Below, piece by piece: positions 36,195-49,354 of a DNA stretch of 64,000 nt. This DNA comes from Sphyrna mokarran. Lineage: Eukaryota. Position 1 is the first letter of the stretch. Each line of letters begins with the position of its first letter. The position numbers and the translations under genes were made by a program. The stretch covers positions 11,966,001 through 12,030,000 of the forward strand of contig JAGIQG010000033.1 of NCBI GenBank assembly GCA_024679065.1. Reading direction: 5' to 3'. The notes under the pieces are model-generated. The model was not told where the DNA came from and made no database searches. It saw only the letters and a list, made by a program, of their open reading frames with translations.

Positions 36195-36510
36195 GTGGCA
36201 CAGTGGGTTAGCACTGCTGCGCCTCATAGCGCCAGGAGCCCGGGTTCGATTCCCAGCTTGGGTGACCATCTGTATGGAGTCTGCATGTTCTCCCCGTGTC
36301 TGCGTGGGTTTCTTCCAGGTGCTCCGGTTTCCTCCCGCAGTCCAAAGATGTTCAGGTTAGGTTAATTGGCCATGATAAATTGCCCCGTAGCTTTAGGGGG
36401 ATCCAGAGAGTAAATATCTGGGGTTATGGGATTGAGACCTGAGTGGGATTGTCATCAGTGCAGACTCAATGGCCAAATGGCCTCCTTCTACGCTGTAGAT
36501 TCTATGATTT
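36195..36510 (+). mobile_element. V-SINE, tail A
   Basis: Head, V-domain and gattctatgatt end. Confidence 0.82.
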
Positions 36511-37749
36511 ATTCTGATTAGAGCAGAGATTAGATGAAATAACACCCAAGATGGCTAGTATGGAACATAAAGTGTGGGCCGAATGGCCCCTATCTGCGCT
36601 GCAAATTATTTTAATGGCCAGTAAGGGCATTCGCACCCATTAATGTTGATTGCAAGCACTTTAATATTTTACCCACCACACCCCAGAGGAGGCAATTCCT
36701 TCAAGCAGGTAAGATGACTAATTGAGGTAGTGGTTTCTAATTTAGTGCGGCCTAAAGTGGGTGAATGATGGTTTGTTTTTGTAGTTCAGACTAATCAGTT
36801 CTTCCCACTCACCCCCACCAATGCATCTCCTCTGACTGCGCCCAACCCAACAGCAACTTGGTTTTGTGAAGATTGCACGCCATTTTTAAATGTCCCACTT
36901 GTGCAAAAGTTAACCAGGAACACCTCTCCTCCCTCACCTCTCCGACTCCCTCTTCCTCAACAGCAGTGCCAGGGGCAGTGCCCAGAAAGTGCCAGTGGGC
37001 CAGTGTCCAGGTAGTGCCAGAGAACAGTGGCAGGGAGTGCCGGGGGGAAAGTGCCCAGATAGTTCTGGCCAGGAGGCAGTGGTTAGCTCTGTTGCCCCGC
37101 AGTACCAGGGACCCAGATGTCTGCGTGGGTTTCCTCCGCTTTCCTCCCACAGTCTGAAAGACGTGCTGGTTAGGGTGCATTGGCCGTGCTAAATTCTCCC
37201 TCGGTGTACCCAAACAGGCACCTGCGTGTGGCGACCAGGGGATTTTCACAGTAACTTCACTGCAGCGTTAATGTAAGCCTATTTGAGACATTCAAAAATA
37301 AACTTTAAGCTCAGGGACTGTTAAAGGCTATGACCCAACAGTGACAGACAACCTAAGCTAGCAAGTGTTGCCCCTGACAAAACATTTGCCTCTTTGTCCT
37401 TTCTCAGATTACCCTGTGTCCTCTGTATCTGAACCATGTGTAACTTCATTCAGTCCTGAGAGAGAGACTTTGCCAGTTCAATTATTAATACAGACAAAAG
37501 CACTCAGTCCATCATGAGTTCATCCCGACCTCCAATATCCTGACAGAGGCAGCTTTCAAAGCCTTACATTTTTCATGAACTCCCGTGCTACATCCAGCAA
37601 TCCCGCAAGCAGCCCGACTGCAAACGCTCCTGATAATTGAGAGAATGTTGAAGGAATAAGTGATGAACTATAAGGACTTTCGAAGCCTCTCTTGGCACAG
37701 TACGGCACATCCCAGGGAGTCGGGGACACATAAGCTTGGCTGACACTCC

Positions 37750-38385
37750 ACGGTGGCACAGTGGTTAGCACCGCCGCTTCACAGCTCCAGGGAACAGGGT
37801 TCGATTCCCGGCTTGGGTCACTGTCTGCGTGGAGTTTGCACATTCTCCTCATGTCTGTGTGGGTTTCCTCCAGTTTCCTCCCACGGTCCAAAGATGTGCA
37901 GGTTAAGTTGATTAGCCATGCCAAATTGCCCCTTAGTGTCCCGAGATGCATAGGTTAGAGGGATTAGTAGGTAAATGTGGAGGGACATGGGGCTAGGGCC
38001 TGGATAGGATTGTGGTCAGTGCAGACTCGATGGGCCAAATGGCCTCTTTCAACATTGTAGTGCTTCTATAATTCTAATGGTTAGCACTGTTGCCTCACAG
38101 TACCAGAAGCCCTGGTTCAATTCCAGCCAGGGGTCACTTATGTGGAGTTTGCACGTCCTCCCCATGTCTGCATGGGTTTCCTCCAGGTGCTCCAGTTCCC
38201 TCCCACACTCCAAAGATGTTGGGCTGGGTTGATTATTCACGCTAAATTAACCTTAGTATCAGGGAATTAGCAGGGTAAATATGCAGAGTTACAGAAATAG
38301 GACCTGGGTAAGATTGTGGTCGGTGAAGTCTCGATGGGCCAAATGGCCTCTTTTTTCACTGTGGACATTCTATGATTTTATGATT
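37750..38385 (+). mobile_element. Two head-to-tail V-SINEs (tail A)
   Basis: Heads at about 37750 and 38077, each followed by a V-domain and tail. Confidence 0.82.
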
Positions 38386-38699
38386 CTGATATTGAGTTGA
38401 CTATCAACATATGTTAAGCTGTGTTCTTGTCTGCGGTGATGTGCAAGTACCTTTAAGGGAGGTATTTTCAATTGCTGGCCAGCGCTATCTATCCTGAGAT
38501 AGGGCGAGATTTTCCATACACCCAGCCTCGTGTTTTGTGGCAGCGGAGGCAACTCACCATTGATTGATGGTGGGAATTTCCAGACCTGCCGTTGTCAACT
38601 GGGATCCCATTGAATACACCTTTCACAGCCGTAGAAGCATGAGATCAGATACTCCCACTGGCACGAGCAGCCGTAATCCAGCCATAATCTACCATAAGA

Positions 38700-39083
38700 G
38701 TGGTGAATATAGCTCAGTCTATCACTCAAGCCAGCCTCCCATCCATTGACTCTGTCTACACTTCCCACTGCCTCGGAAAAGCAGCCAGTATAATCAAGGA
38801 CCCCTACACATTCTCTCTCCCACCTTCTTCCATCGGGAAAAAGAAACAAATGTTTGAAGTCACGTATCAGCTGACTCAAGAACAGCTTCTTCTTTGCTGT
38901 CATCAGACTTTTGAATGGACCTACCTCGCACTAAGTTGATCTTTCCCTACACCCTAGCTATGACTGTAACACTACACTCTGCACTCTCTTGTTTCCTTCT
39001 CTATGAACGGTATGCTTTGCCTGTATAGCGTGCAAGAAACAATGCTTTTCACTGCATATGTGACAATGACATATCAAATCAAA
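38700..39083 (+). mobile_element. Rex1/Babar 3' fragment
   Basis: VNIAQSITQASLPSIDSVYTSHCLGKAASIIKDP and tail. Confidence 0.8.
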
Positions 39084-39397
39084 CCTGTGAGCAGAACAGG
39101 ACAGCAGTCCTATAGGTCAGACACGTCTGCATAATCTTCCAGTTACCATGATAGGAATGTCGTCGTATCTTTAAATAAATAACACACATTTGCCAGAGTT
39201 TTACCGGCCCGCCTGCCACAGTAATCGGAGCGAACAAGGAATGGAGCAAGGGGAGGTCCATTGACCTCAAACGGGATTCTATGGTTTCGGGATGAGCGAG
39301 AACATAAAACCCTGCCCATTATCTTACCAATTCTCACCGTATGATAACACAGCACTCTGCGCTCTCAGATGGACATAATAGATCCCATAAGATTATT

Positions 39398-39975
39398 AGA
39401 ATCACAAAATCCCTACACTGTGGTAAAAGGCCATTTGGCCCATTGCATCTACACAATTCCCTGACAGAGGATCCCTTTCCTATTACCAGTAAACATGCAT
39501 ATTTACAATGGCCAATCTACCTAATCTGCACATCTTTGGACATTAAGGGTCAATTTAGCATGGCCAATCCACCTACCCAAACATCTTTGGAGAGTAAGGA
39601 ACAATTTACTATGACCAATCCACCTAATCTGCACATCTTTGGACACCAAGGGGCAATTTAGCATGGCCAATCCACCTAGCTTACATATCCTTCGACACTA
39701 AAGGGCAATTTAGCATGGCCAATCCATCTAACCAGCACATCTTTGGACGCTAAGGGGCAGTTTAACATGGCCAATCCATCCAACCGGCACATCTTCGGAC
39801 ACTAAAGGGCAACATAGCATGGCCAATCCACCCAACCTGCACATCTTTGGACTGTGGGGGGAAACCAGAGTACCCGCAGGAAACCCATGCAGACTCCAAA
39901 CAGACAGTCATCCAAGGTTGATTTGAACTTGGGTCTCTGGCGCTGTGAGGCAGCAATGCTAACCACTGTGGCACA
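39398..39975 (-). mobile_element. V-SINE with seven 52-bp units (about 39500-39852)
   Basis: acatctttgga-type motif recurs at about 39530, 39581, 39633, 39685, 39737, 39789 and 39841. Confidence 0.88.
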
Positions 39976-40419
39976 GATCAACACCAGAAGACAAAATCTG
40001 ATCATTGTTACGTTGCGGGAGTGCAAATGGGCTGCCACATTAAATGGATAGCTACACTTCAAAAGTAAATAGAAACTTGAGGTTGTGAGAGGTACCACAT
40101 TAATGCAGGATTCTCCTTCCTCTGCACACCACAGTCTCCCAGGAGTTTTTTTAATATATCAAAAGCCTCAGAGTTGATCGAAAGGCCCCTCTGAGGAACA
40201 ATGCGTCACAAATTTACAACTTGCTAGTCACAGCCAGCGCAATATGCATTTAGACGCCCATCCTGGGATTTTGTCAGCTTCATCCTCAAGCCTGCATCTT
40301 TGGAACAGTGTCGGAGGCCAAGGTCGGAACAGAAATGAGAGAGAATTAAAATGACGCTTCCCTGGGAGCTCAGAGCCACGCTTTCAGAAGCAAACGGAAA
40401 TAATCTGCCCAACAGTCTA

Positions 40420-41140
40420 AAAGTTTTTAGATGTCCAGATCACCAACAACCTGTCCTGGTTCCACCCACGCTGACACTATTGTTAAAGCCAACCAAAGCC
40501 TTTATTTCCACAAAAGACAAAGGAAGTTTGGTATGTAAGCTTAACTTACACCAACTTTTACGGATGCATCATAGAAAGCATTCTTTCTGGTTGAATCACA
40601 GCTTGGTGTGGCTCAAGCTCTGTCAAGACCACAAAGAACTACAAAATGTTGTGAATGTAGCCCAATCCATCACGCAAACCAGCCTACACTTCAGTCTACA
40701 CTTCCCGCTGCCTCAGTGTAATTAAAGTCTCCACGCACCCTGGACATTCTCTCTTCCACCTTCTTCTGTCAGGAAAAAGATACAGGAGTCGTGGTCACAT
40801 ATAACTGACTTAAGAACAGCTTTTTTTAAAGTTTTAGAAGTTTATTTATAGAGTCACAAGTTGGCTTACATTAACACTGCAACGAAGTTACTGTGAAAAT
40901 CCCCTAGTCGCCACACTCTGGCACCTTCTTGTCTACTGCCATCAGACTTTTAAATGGACCAACCAAATGTTAAGCTGATGTTTCTCTACATCTTAGCTGT
41001 GACTGTAACAGTATATTCTGCATCCTCTCCTTTCCATCTCCTCTATGTACTCTATGAATGGTATGCGTTGTCTGTGTAGCATGCAAGAAACAATACTTCT
41101 TAGCATAAACAATGCATGAGGCAATAATAAATCAAAATCA
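40420..41140 (+). mobile_element. Rex1/Babar 3' fragment with an antisense SINE-tail insertion (40825-40925)
   Basis: ELQNVVNVAQSITQTS and tail aataataaatcaaaatc. Confidence 0.72.
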
Positions 41141-41967
41141 CTCATCTGCGCTTGGTCTGTCTGAGGCAGAGTAGATTGTAGCCATGAGCACAGTGCACTG
41201 GGCTGGCGGAGGTACAGTGCTGCATTGCAAGTTGATCTGTCCATGGAGGAATAGGCACACGAGCACTAATTAGAGATTCCTGTACAGCAGGTACGCTTAC
41301 GGGAATACCAACTGTAGAGGTTCACAAGTCAATTGTGCTGCATCGCCAGTCTATACATAATGTAAAGCTGCCAAGTATGGTGGGATGTATGGTTTCTAAA
41401 GGACTGACATTCTGTCCAAGAGAAACCAGCAAAGTGAGGAAATGAGAGAGGGTGGACATTCAACAGTTTAACCAGGAGCTGTGACTAGGGGTTGGGTTAA
41501 AAAGTGAAGAATCGCATGCAGTATGTCAGAAAGAATTTTCCACGATAGTACAGTGTAGAAAGAGGCCCTTCAGCTCATCGAGTCTGCACCGACTACAATC
41601 CCACCCAGGCTCTGCCCCCATATCCCTACATACTTAGCCGCTAATCTCTCTAGCCTATGCATCTTATGACACTGAGGGACAATTTAACACCTAACCTGTG
41701 GGAGGAAACTGGAGCACCTGGAGGAAACCCATGCAGACACAGGGAGAATGTGCAAACTCCACACAGACAGTGAGCCGCGCCGGGAATCGAACCCAAGTCC
41801 CTGGAGCTGTGAGGCAGCAGTGCTAACCACTGTGCTACCCTAGCCCAATTATCGAGCCTCAGATAATTGGGGTAGTACAATGGTTAGCATTGCTGCCCAC
41901 AGCGCCAGGGTCCTGGGTTTGATTCCCCAGCCTTGGGTCACTGCCTGTGTGGAGTTTACACTGCTCA

Positions 41968-42340
41968 GCATACTGTTCATAGAGAAGGAAACAAGAGAGT
42001 GCAGAATGTAGTGCTTTCGTCATAACTAGGGTGTAGAGAAAGATCAACTTAATGCGAGGTAGGTCCATTCAAAAGTCTGATGGCAGCAGGGAAGAAGCTG
42101 TTCTTGAGTCGGTTGGTGTGTGACCAACCGACTCAAAGATCCTTTTGTATCTTTTTCCAAAAGGAAGAAGGTGGAAGAGAGAATGTCCAGGGCACGTGGG
42201 GATCCTTGATTATGTCGGCTGCTTTGCTAAGGCAGCAGGAAGCGTGGACAGAGTCAATGGTTGGGAGGCTGATTTATGTGATGGATCGGGCTACATTCAT
42301 GGCCCTTTGTAGTTCTTTGCAGTCTTGGGCAGCATAGGAG
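41968..42340 (-). mobile_element. Rex1/Babar 3' fragment
   Basis: YAAQDCKELQRAMNVARSI on the minus strand. Confidence 0.75.
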
Positions 42341-43204
42341 CCCTTAGCCCAAGCGACCTGCCCCCATCCCCACCCGCCCGTGGTTTTCTGGCATTGAGGA
42401 GCAGTAGAGTTTTCATCAGGTGGCGTCTCAGCCACCCCCGCAAAACTCTTGACGGCCACCAAGGTTCTTCCTCCTCTGATGTGAACCCATTCAGTGCCAG
42501 ATCTTCATTAGCTGATTCCATGCACTCCCGTCTCCTCCGAGGCCCAACCGGCAGGCATGTGACATGCTGAGCGAGGCTCGATTGGGCGTCCTCTGCATTA
42601 GCAACGCGGGAATTCCCGGATGTGCCCCAGAGGTAAAACGTGTCCCTCTGATTCTGTAATCAAGTCCTTTGCTATGACTGTCTATCACCAGTAGAAGCAG
42701 TCTAAAGCTACTTGGCCTCATAATTGTTGCAAAAAAAATCTCTAAAAGGTTTGAACTTTCCCTTTGTTTCTGGAGCAATGAGTGTATTCATACTATTATA
42801 TGACGAATTACTTGCAGAGTAGCTTTTCGCTTCTGTATAATTAGCTCATTTGTAGAGAAATGCCCCATTAATTGTAGCCTGAATGTATGATCCAACAGTG
42901 AGATATTTACTGCCTTTCAAAGTGGGCTGCAAATTACAGTAGCAACATGTTCTGAGAGAAAAGTCAGCACTAGCCCTGGGACATGCAACTTCATTCAGCC
43001 CTGCCAGGACATTGCAAGTTTCACCGGGGATACAGGGCTAACGATGGAAATTGCTTTTCTCGCTGTGAATACAAGTTAATGGTGTTGGGAAGGATCCCAC
43101 TCTGCACCAAACAAGATTCAAGTCATGAAGGGGGTTCCACACAAGCCAACTTAGTTCAAAGGAGACCAGAAGGAGCTGTAAGCAACAAGGGCAAAATAAG
43201 TGAG

Positions 43205-44050
43205 AACCATCGAATCCCAACAGTGTAGAAAGAGGCCATTCATCCCATCAAGTCTGCACTAATTCTCTGAAGGAAAATCTCATCCAAGACCTCCACTCCA
43301 CCCTCATGATACCTCGCATTTACCATGGCCAATCCACCAAATTTACACATCTTTGAACACTAATGGGCAAATTAGTATGGCCAATACAACTAATCTACAC
43401 ATCTCAGGACACTAAGGGGCAATTTAGCACGGCCAATCTACCTAATCTGCACATCTTTGGATACTAAGTGGCAATTAGTATGGCCAATCCACCTAACCCT
43501 CACATCTTTGGACAGTAAGAGGCAAGTAGCAAGGCCAACCCAACTGACCCTCACATCTTTAAACAGTAAGGAGCAAGTAGCAAGGCCAATCCACGTAACC
43601 TGCAAATAGTGGCGCAATGGTTGACACTGCTGCCTCACAGCACCAGGGACCCAGGTTCAATTCCAGCTTTGGGTCACTGTCTGTGTGCATGTTCTCCCTG
43701 CAAGGGTTTCCTCCGTGTGCTCCGGTATTTTCCCACACTCCAAAGATGTGCAGTTGATTGACCGTGATGAATTGTCCTCAAGTGTCAGGGAGATCAGCGG
43801 GGTAAAGACATGGGGTTACGAGGATAGGGCCTGGGTGGAATTGTCAGTGCAAGCTCGATGGACTGAATGGCCTCCTTCTTCACTGTAGGGATTCTATCCT
43901 ATCTTATACTGTCTTTGAGGAAGAAACCGGAGCACACGGAGGAAACCCAAGCAGACACAGGGAGAACTTGCAAACTCTGCATAGACAGGAACCCAGGATC
44001 GAACCCGGGTCCCTGGCGCTGTGAGGCAGCAGCGCTAACCACTGTGCCAC
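43205..44050. mobile_element. Cluster of V-SINEs: antisense array copy (43205-43605), sense copy (43608-43900), antisense head (43915-44050)
   Basis: Heads, V-domains and 52-bp units. Confidence 0.8.
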
Positions 44051-44694
44051 TGAGCTGCCCAGATAAAAGGACAGAAATGCCACAAGAAGAAAGGATAACA
44101 CACAGTAAACCCGAGCTGATTAGTCAACTTGGACCAGGAACACAGACTGCAGAGCAGAAGTGTAAAATTAACAAGCATTAAGCACAATTTGAGACAAGAA
44201 TTTTTTTTTTCCCCTTACAGGAGAGTGGATACGTGGAACAGACACTCAAGCAAATTCAGTTAATACCATGTTAATTAGGCAGAGAGAAAACAGCTGGCAA
44301 AACATCTGGGCAGGAACGGAATTGAGGTTGACGAAGGATAAGTATTCTGCGTGCGTTGGATGCTCTGTGAAACGCAAAGCCTTTTGAACTCCAAGCATTG
44401 GAATTACCGTGACAAGGATAAATAATGTCAGACGCAGTGGGGTCTGCTTCAACTAATCACTACCTGGAGTGGCCCCAGATGAACACAGTGTGCTGAAACA
44501 TTTGGTAATGACGTCTCGCTCAACAATGGACAACACAGGGATCTGGGTGTAGAGGACAGTACATCAAATTTATCAGAAGCATCGAGAAGGGAAGAGTAAC
44601 AGCCCTAACACTAATTCCTATAGGACTATACTACTGACTGCTCCCAAGCAGGCACCTATCGGGTGAGCCAATGGTCTAGTGGTATTGTTGATAG

Positions 44695-45215
44695 ATTTTA
44701 GGAAGTTTGTCCTCTATGACTCTCACCAACTTTTATGGATACACCATAGAAAGCATCCTTTCTGGTTGTATCACACTTTGGTATGGCTCCTGCTCTGCCC
44801 AAGACCGCAAGGAACTACAAAACGTTGTGAATGTAGCCCAATCCATCGCGCAAACCAGCCTCCCATCCATTGACTCTGTCTACACTTCCTGCTATCTCAG
44901 AAAAACAGCCAGCGTAATCAAGGACTCCACGCATCCGGGACATTCTCTCTTCCACCTTCTTTACAAAAGTCCAAAGTCACGTAACAACTGACTCAAGAAC
45001 AGCTTCTTCCCTGTTGCCGTTAGACTTTGGAATGGACTTAACTCGCATTAAGTTGATCTTTTCCTACACCCTAGCTACAACTGCAACACTACATTTTGTA
45101 CCCTCTACTCTCCTCCCCTACATACTCAACGAACGGTACGTCTGTTTGTACAGTGCTTAAGAAACAATACTTTTCACTGTATCCCAATACATGTGACAAT
45201 AATAAATCACATCAA
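44695..45215 (+). mobile_element. Rex1/Babar-type LINE 3' fragment
   Basis: ORF 44707-44991 LTNFYGYTIESILSGCITLWYGSCSAQDRKELQNVV...HPGHSLF; same tail. Confidence 0.85.
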
Positions 45216-45649
45216 GTAATGTTCTTTTATCAATGTTTTCTGACAACTACTGAAAGACTATGAGAAGTGAACACAAGACGCTCACAGGAACAGATTGGTG
45301 TCTTGACTTGGGTGGTTTCCCAGAACTTGTCAGGTTTGCACAACTGGTGCAATAAATCAAATGTTACTCCAGGTTTATCTATACTTCGTATCAAATTAAA
45401 TTGCCACAGTCGGATAAAAGAATGTGGCGGTGATAAGGGGAAAACTGGCAAAATGCAAATTCCAAGCAAAGAATCATAGAATCCCTACAGCGCAGAGGGA
45501 GACCATTCGGCCCATCGAGCCTGCACCGACTTTCTAAAGAGCAGCCACCTCTCCATCCAATCCCCATAACTCTGTTCACGGCTAATCCACCTAACCTGCA
45601 CATCGGCAATATATTTCCGAGTCAGGAGGGTAAGTGACTTAGAAGTCTT

Positions 45650-46210
45650 GGCACAGGGAGACCATTTGGCCCATCCAATCTGCATCAACTCTTTGACAAA
45701 GTATCTTGCCCCACATCTTACTATATATCCATCTATCCTATGGATGCCCCTAACCTACAGATCTTTGAACAATATAGGGCAACTTATCGTACCCAATCTA
45801 ACCTGCACACCTTTGGACACTAAGGGGCTATTTAGTATGGCCAATCCACCTAACCTGCACATCTTTGGATGCTAAGGGGCTATTTAGCATGGCCAATCCA
45901 CCTAATCTGCACATCTTTGTACACTAAGGGGCTATTTAGCATGGCCAATCCACCTAATCTGCACATCTTTGTACACTAAGGGGCTATTTGGCATGGCCAA
46001 TACACCTAATCTGCACATCTTTGGACGCTAAGGGGCTACTTAGCACAGCCAATCCACCTAATCTGCACATCTCTGGATTGTGGGAGGAAACTGGAGCACC
46101 AAAGGAAACCTATGCAGACACAGGGAGAACGTGCAAACTTCACACAGACAAGTCCGAAATCGAACGCTGGTCCCTGGCACTGTGAGGCAGCAGTGCTAAC
46201 CACTGCACCA
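45650..46210 (-). mobile_element. V-SINE with six to seven highly homogeneous 52-bp units
   Basis: Units share the private variant aaggggctattt. Confidence 0.88.
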
Positions 46211-47499
46211 CCCACTCTTCTCACACACATAGTATAGAGAAGAGCATCAGTACCTTCCTCTAGATCCTGGACTTCCTAACATTCAGACCACAATCAGTAA
46301 GGATAGACAACAACACCTCTTCCATGATCATCCTCAACACTGTGTTCTCAGCCCCCTATTAGATTTTCCCCATCTAACTTAATCCAGCCAACTCCAACAA
46401 GAGTTGAGAGAGGGAGAAAGGGAGAAAATGTCACGATTGAATGTGCTTCAACATTGACATCTGGTTTTGTTATTTCTTTTTCAGAGGAGGGGATACTGCA
46501 TTCACTGAGATAGTTTGAAAGATTGGAACAAGTGTTGCATCACGTTGCGAAAAGCAACCATACAGGATTCATAGTTCTGTTCCACTCTTAGAATACTTGA
46601 TTTGATTTGTGAATGTAGCCCAATCCATCACGCAAACCAGCCTCCCATCCAGTGGCTGTGTCCACTCAGCAAAGTTAAGGACTCCACGCAACCCAGATAT
46701 TCTCTCTTCCACCAGGAAAAAGAGACTAAAAGACCGAGGCTACGTACAACCGACTCAAGAACAGCTTCTTCCCTGTTGCCATCAGACTTTTGAATGGACC
46801 TACCTCGCATTGAATTGCTCTTTCTCTACATCTTAGCTATACCTGTAACACTGCCTTCTGCACTCTCTCCTTTCCTTCTCTATGAATAGTATGCTTTGTA
46901 TAGTGCACAAGACACAATAAATTTCACTGGGTGTTGATACATGTGACAATAATAAAACAGATCAAATCAAGTCAGGATTTATGGCTAAATGGTCTGTTCT
47001 GTTGTTGCAGTATGGTAAACGGGATGTTAGTAGTCAAATGGCCTTTGTTATACTGACCGTGTCCTTTCTTGAGCCCGTGTAATTATGCAATTAGCAGAAC
47101 AAACAGAGCAATGCCCCTCCACAGTAGGGCAATGACAATGCCAACAGCGTTAAGTAAACTGCAGCCTCCTTGCACTCTGTAGCTGGAGCCTGCCCAGAGA
47201 TAGACTCACCCTCATGCATCACGCTCCAGGAATGAGATACTCTGCAGATGGAGGGTCCAGAATGGCTCATCTCCGCTTCAAGTTCCGCAGCATTTAACAG
47301 CCTAATATGTCCTGTAGCTGTTGGATCCCACTTACTGTTCAGCCGGAGGAACCAGTAACTGCAGTGTTCCCATCTCCAATGGCAAGTTGACAATGAGCAT
47401 TTAGCTGCGCATTTAAAATCCTTTATTTGTCATCGATTTCTTAGGAACGGCTCACGCAGAGCAGAAGAAATGCTTTAAGCATATTTGCATTTGCATAAA

Positions 47500-47797
47500 G
47501 GGTGGCACAGTGGTTAGCACTGCTGCCTCACAGTGCCAGAGACCCATGTTCAATTCCAGCCTTGGGTCACTGTCCATGTGGTGTTTGCACATTCTCCCTG
47601 CGTCTGCGTGGGTTTCCTCCGGGTGCTCCGGTTTCCCCTCTCAGTCTGAAAGACATGCTGGTTAGGTGCAACGGCCGTGCTAAATTCTCCCTCAGTGTAC
47701 CCAAACAGGCGCTGGAGTGTGGCAACTAGGGGGTTTTCAGAGTAACTTCATTGCAGTGTTAGCATAAGCCTACTTTGACACTAATAAATAAACTTAA
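47500..47797 (+). mobile_element. V-SINE, tail type B (near-consensus)
   Basis: Complete head, V-domain and tail. Similar copies at 37075-37307 (+), 48686-48985 (+) and 50150-50440 (-). Confidence 0.88.
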
Positions 47798-49354
47798 GAC
47801 CTAAGAAATTGTTTCATCATTTATACATTAATAGAATTGTCATCAACTTCAAATGGTTAAAAACAAAAGAAATATTGACTTTGGACACACAGGGAGGCAC
47901 GCTCTCGCAGTCAATGCTGTGAGCAATCAGCACCCACCTCACTTCACTTGCCCCTTGCTTTACACGCGCATTACTTCAATCGCACATATAGGGAAAAAAA
48001 CTACATGGATGGGAACCCGTGGAGTGTGGAACCCGGCACACGGACAACAGGTAGCAAAATGCCTGATGGGGCTGTACTCAGAACCCAGATGAGGCACACG
48101 TGGACTGGGCCATAAGTTGCTCACCACTGGTCTACAGTCAACATAAATGTTGATTGAAGCCAAACTGAGGAGATATTCTTGCTGCTTTGAAACGCAGAAC
48201 AAAAGACTACGGCACGTTCGTAACAAAACGCTCACAGCCCGTTCTCAAGTCCAAGGACTATCGCAATATTCAGAAAATCTGAAACAAAACCGGGAATGCT
48301 GCGATGCTACCAGGCCTGCTGAAATTTCCCAAGCACTTTGTATTTTTGTTTTTGATTTTATATCTCATTTCCTTGGTAATTAATCAGGAATTGCAGTTCC
48401 ATGAGCTACACAGTGGGGAGCTGATTCAATGATTACAGTGTAGCATTCCGATCGAGTGTTGGGTATTCCCCAAACGAAATTAAAATCTTGTTCATCTCAT
48501 CAATCATACAGTTTCTAGACTAGTGACTGCCTTTGCCAATGGAGTAATGTCTCACTAATCTAACTGGAAAACTATAAATGAGTCACAGGCAAATTGAGAG
48601 CAAGATTATTTGCAACATCATTCCACAGTGTCCTATTTATTGTATGTTTCTCACTGGACCTTTCTAGGTAATACATCTGCAGGGACAGCACGGTGGCACA
48701 GTGGTTAGCACTGTTGCCTCACAGCGCCAGCGTCCCAGGTTCGATTCCCAGCTTGGGTCACTGTCTGGAGTTTGCACATTCTCCCCATTTCTGCGAGGGG
48801 TTTCCTCCGGGTGCTCCGGTTTCCTCCCACAATCTGAAAGGGTTGAGTGAATTGGCCGTGCTAAATTCTCCATCAGTTGTAGCCAAACAGGTGCTGGAGT
48901 GTGGCGACTAGGGGATTTTCACAGAAACTTCATTGCAGTGTTAATGTGAGCCTTACTTGTGAGCAATAAATAAATAAACTTTAAATAATGCAAAACACAG
49001 TCAGAGAATTATTGAGCAATACTGCAAGGAAACAGGCCCTTTGGCCCAACTGGTCCATGCTGGAATAGTGCTATCCCAGCTGGGCCCTAGCCTACACATC
49101 TTTGGACTATGGGAGGAAACCAGAGCACCTGGAGAAAACCCACACAGACACGGGGGGAACGTGCAAACTCCACACACAGATGGCGACCCAAGGCCTGAGT
49201 CCCTGCAATGCAGAAGGAGGCCATTCAGCCCATCAAGCTTGCACTGACCACAATCCCATGCTGGCCTTAATCCAGGAACCCCAACATTTACCATGCAAAT
49301 CCCCTCTGATACAAGGGTCAACTTCAATGGCCAATCAACCCAACCTGCACATCT

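Noticed and set aside
37568-37629. 62-nt AG/GT-bounded segment encoding hydrophobic AFAVGLLAGLL
   Set aside because: It ends in phase 0, and the frame compatible with the IgV exon creates TGA at the junction.
39500-39852. CRISPR-like appearance of the regularly spaced 52-bp repeats
   Set aside because: The units are contiguous with no unique spacers, lie inside SINEs, and there are no cas genes; the context is vertebrate.
47210-47270. Candidate CD276 leader exon MSHSGPSICRVSHSWSVMHEG with a strong phase-1 GTGAGT donor
   Set aside because: It is phase-compatible but has no hydrophobic core, so it is not a credible signal peptide; it cannot be supported without transcripts.
47500-47570. tRNA genes suggested by A/B boxes
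   Set aside because: These are SINE heads that run directly into the V-domain, with no complete cloverleaf.
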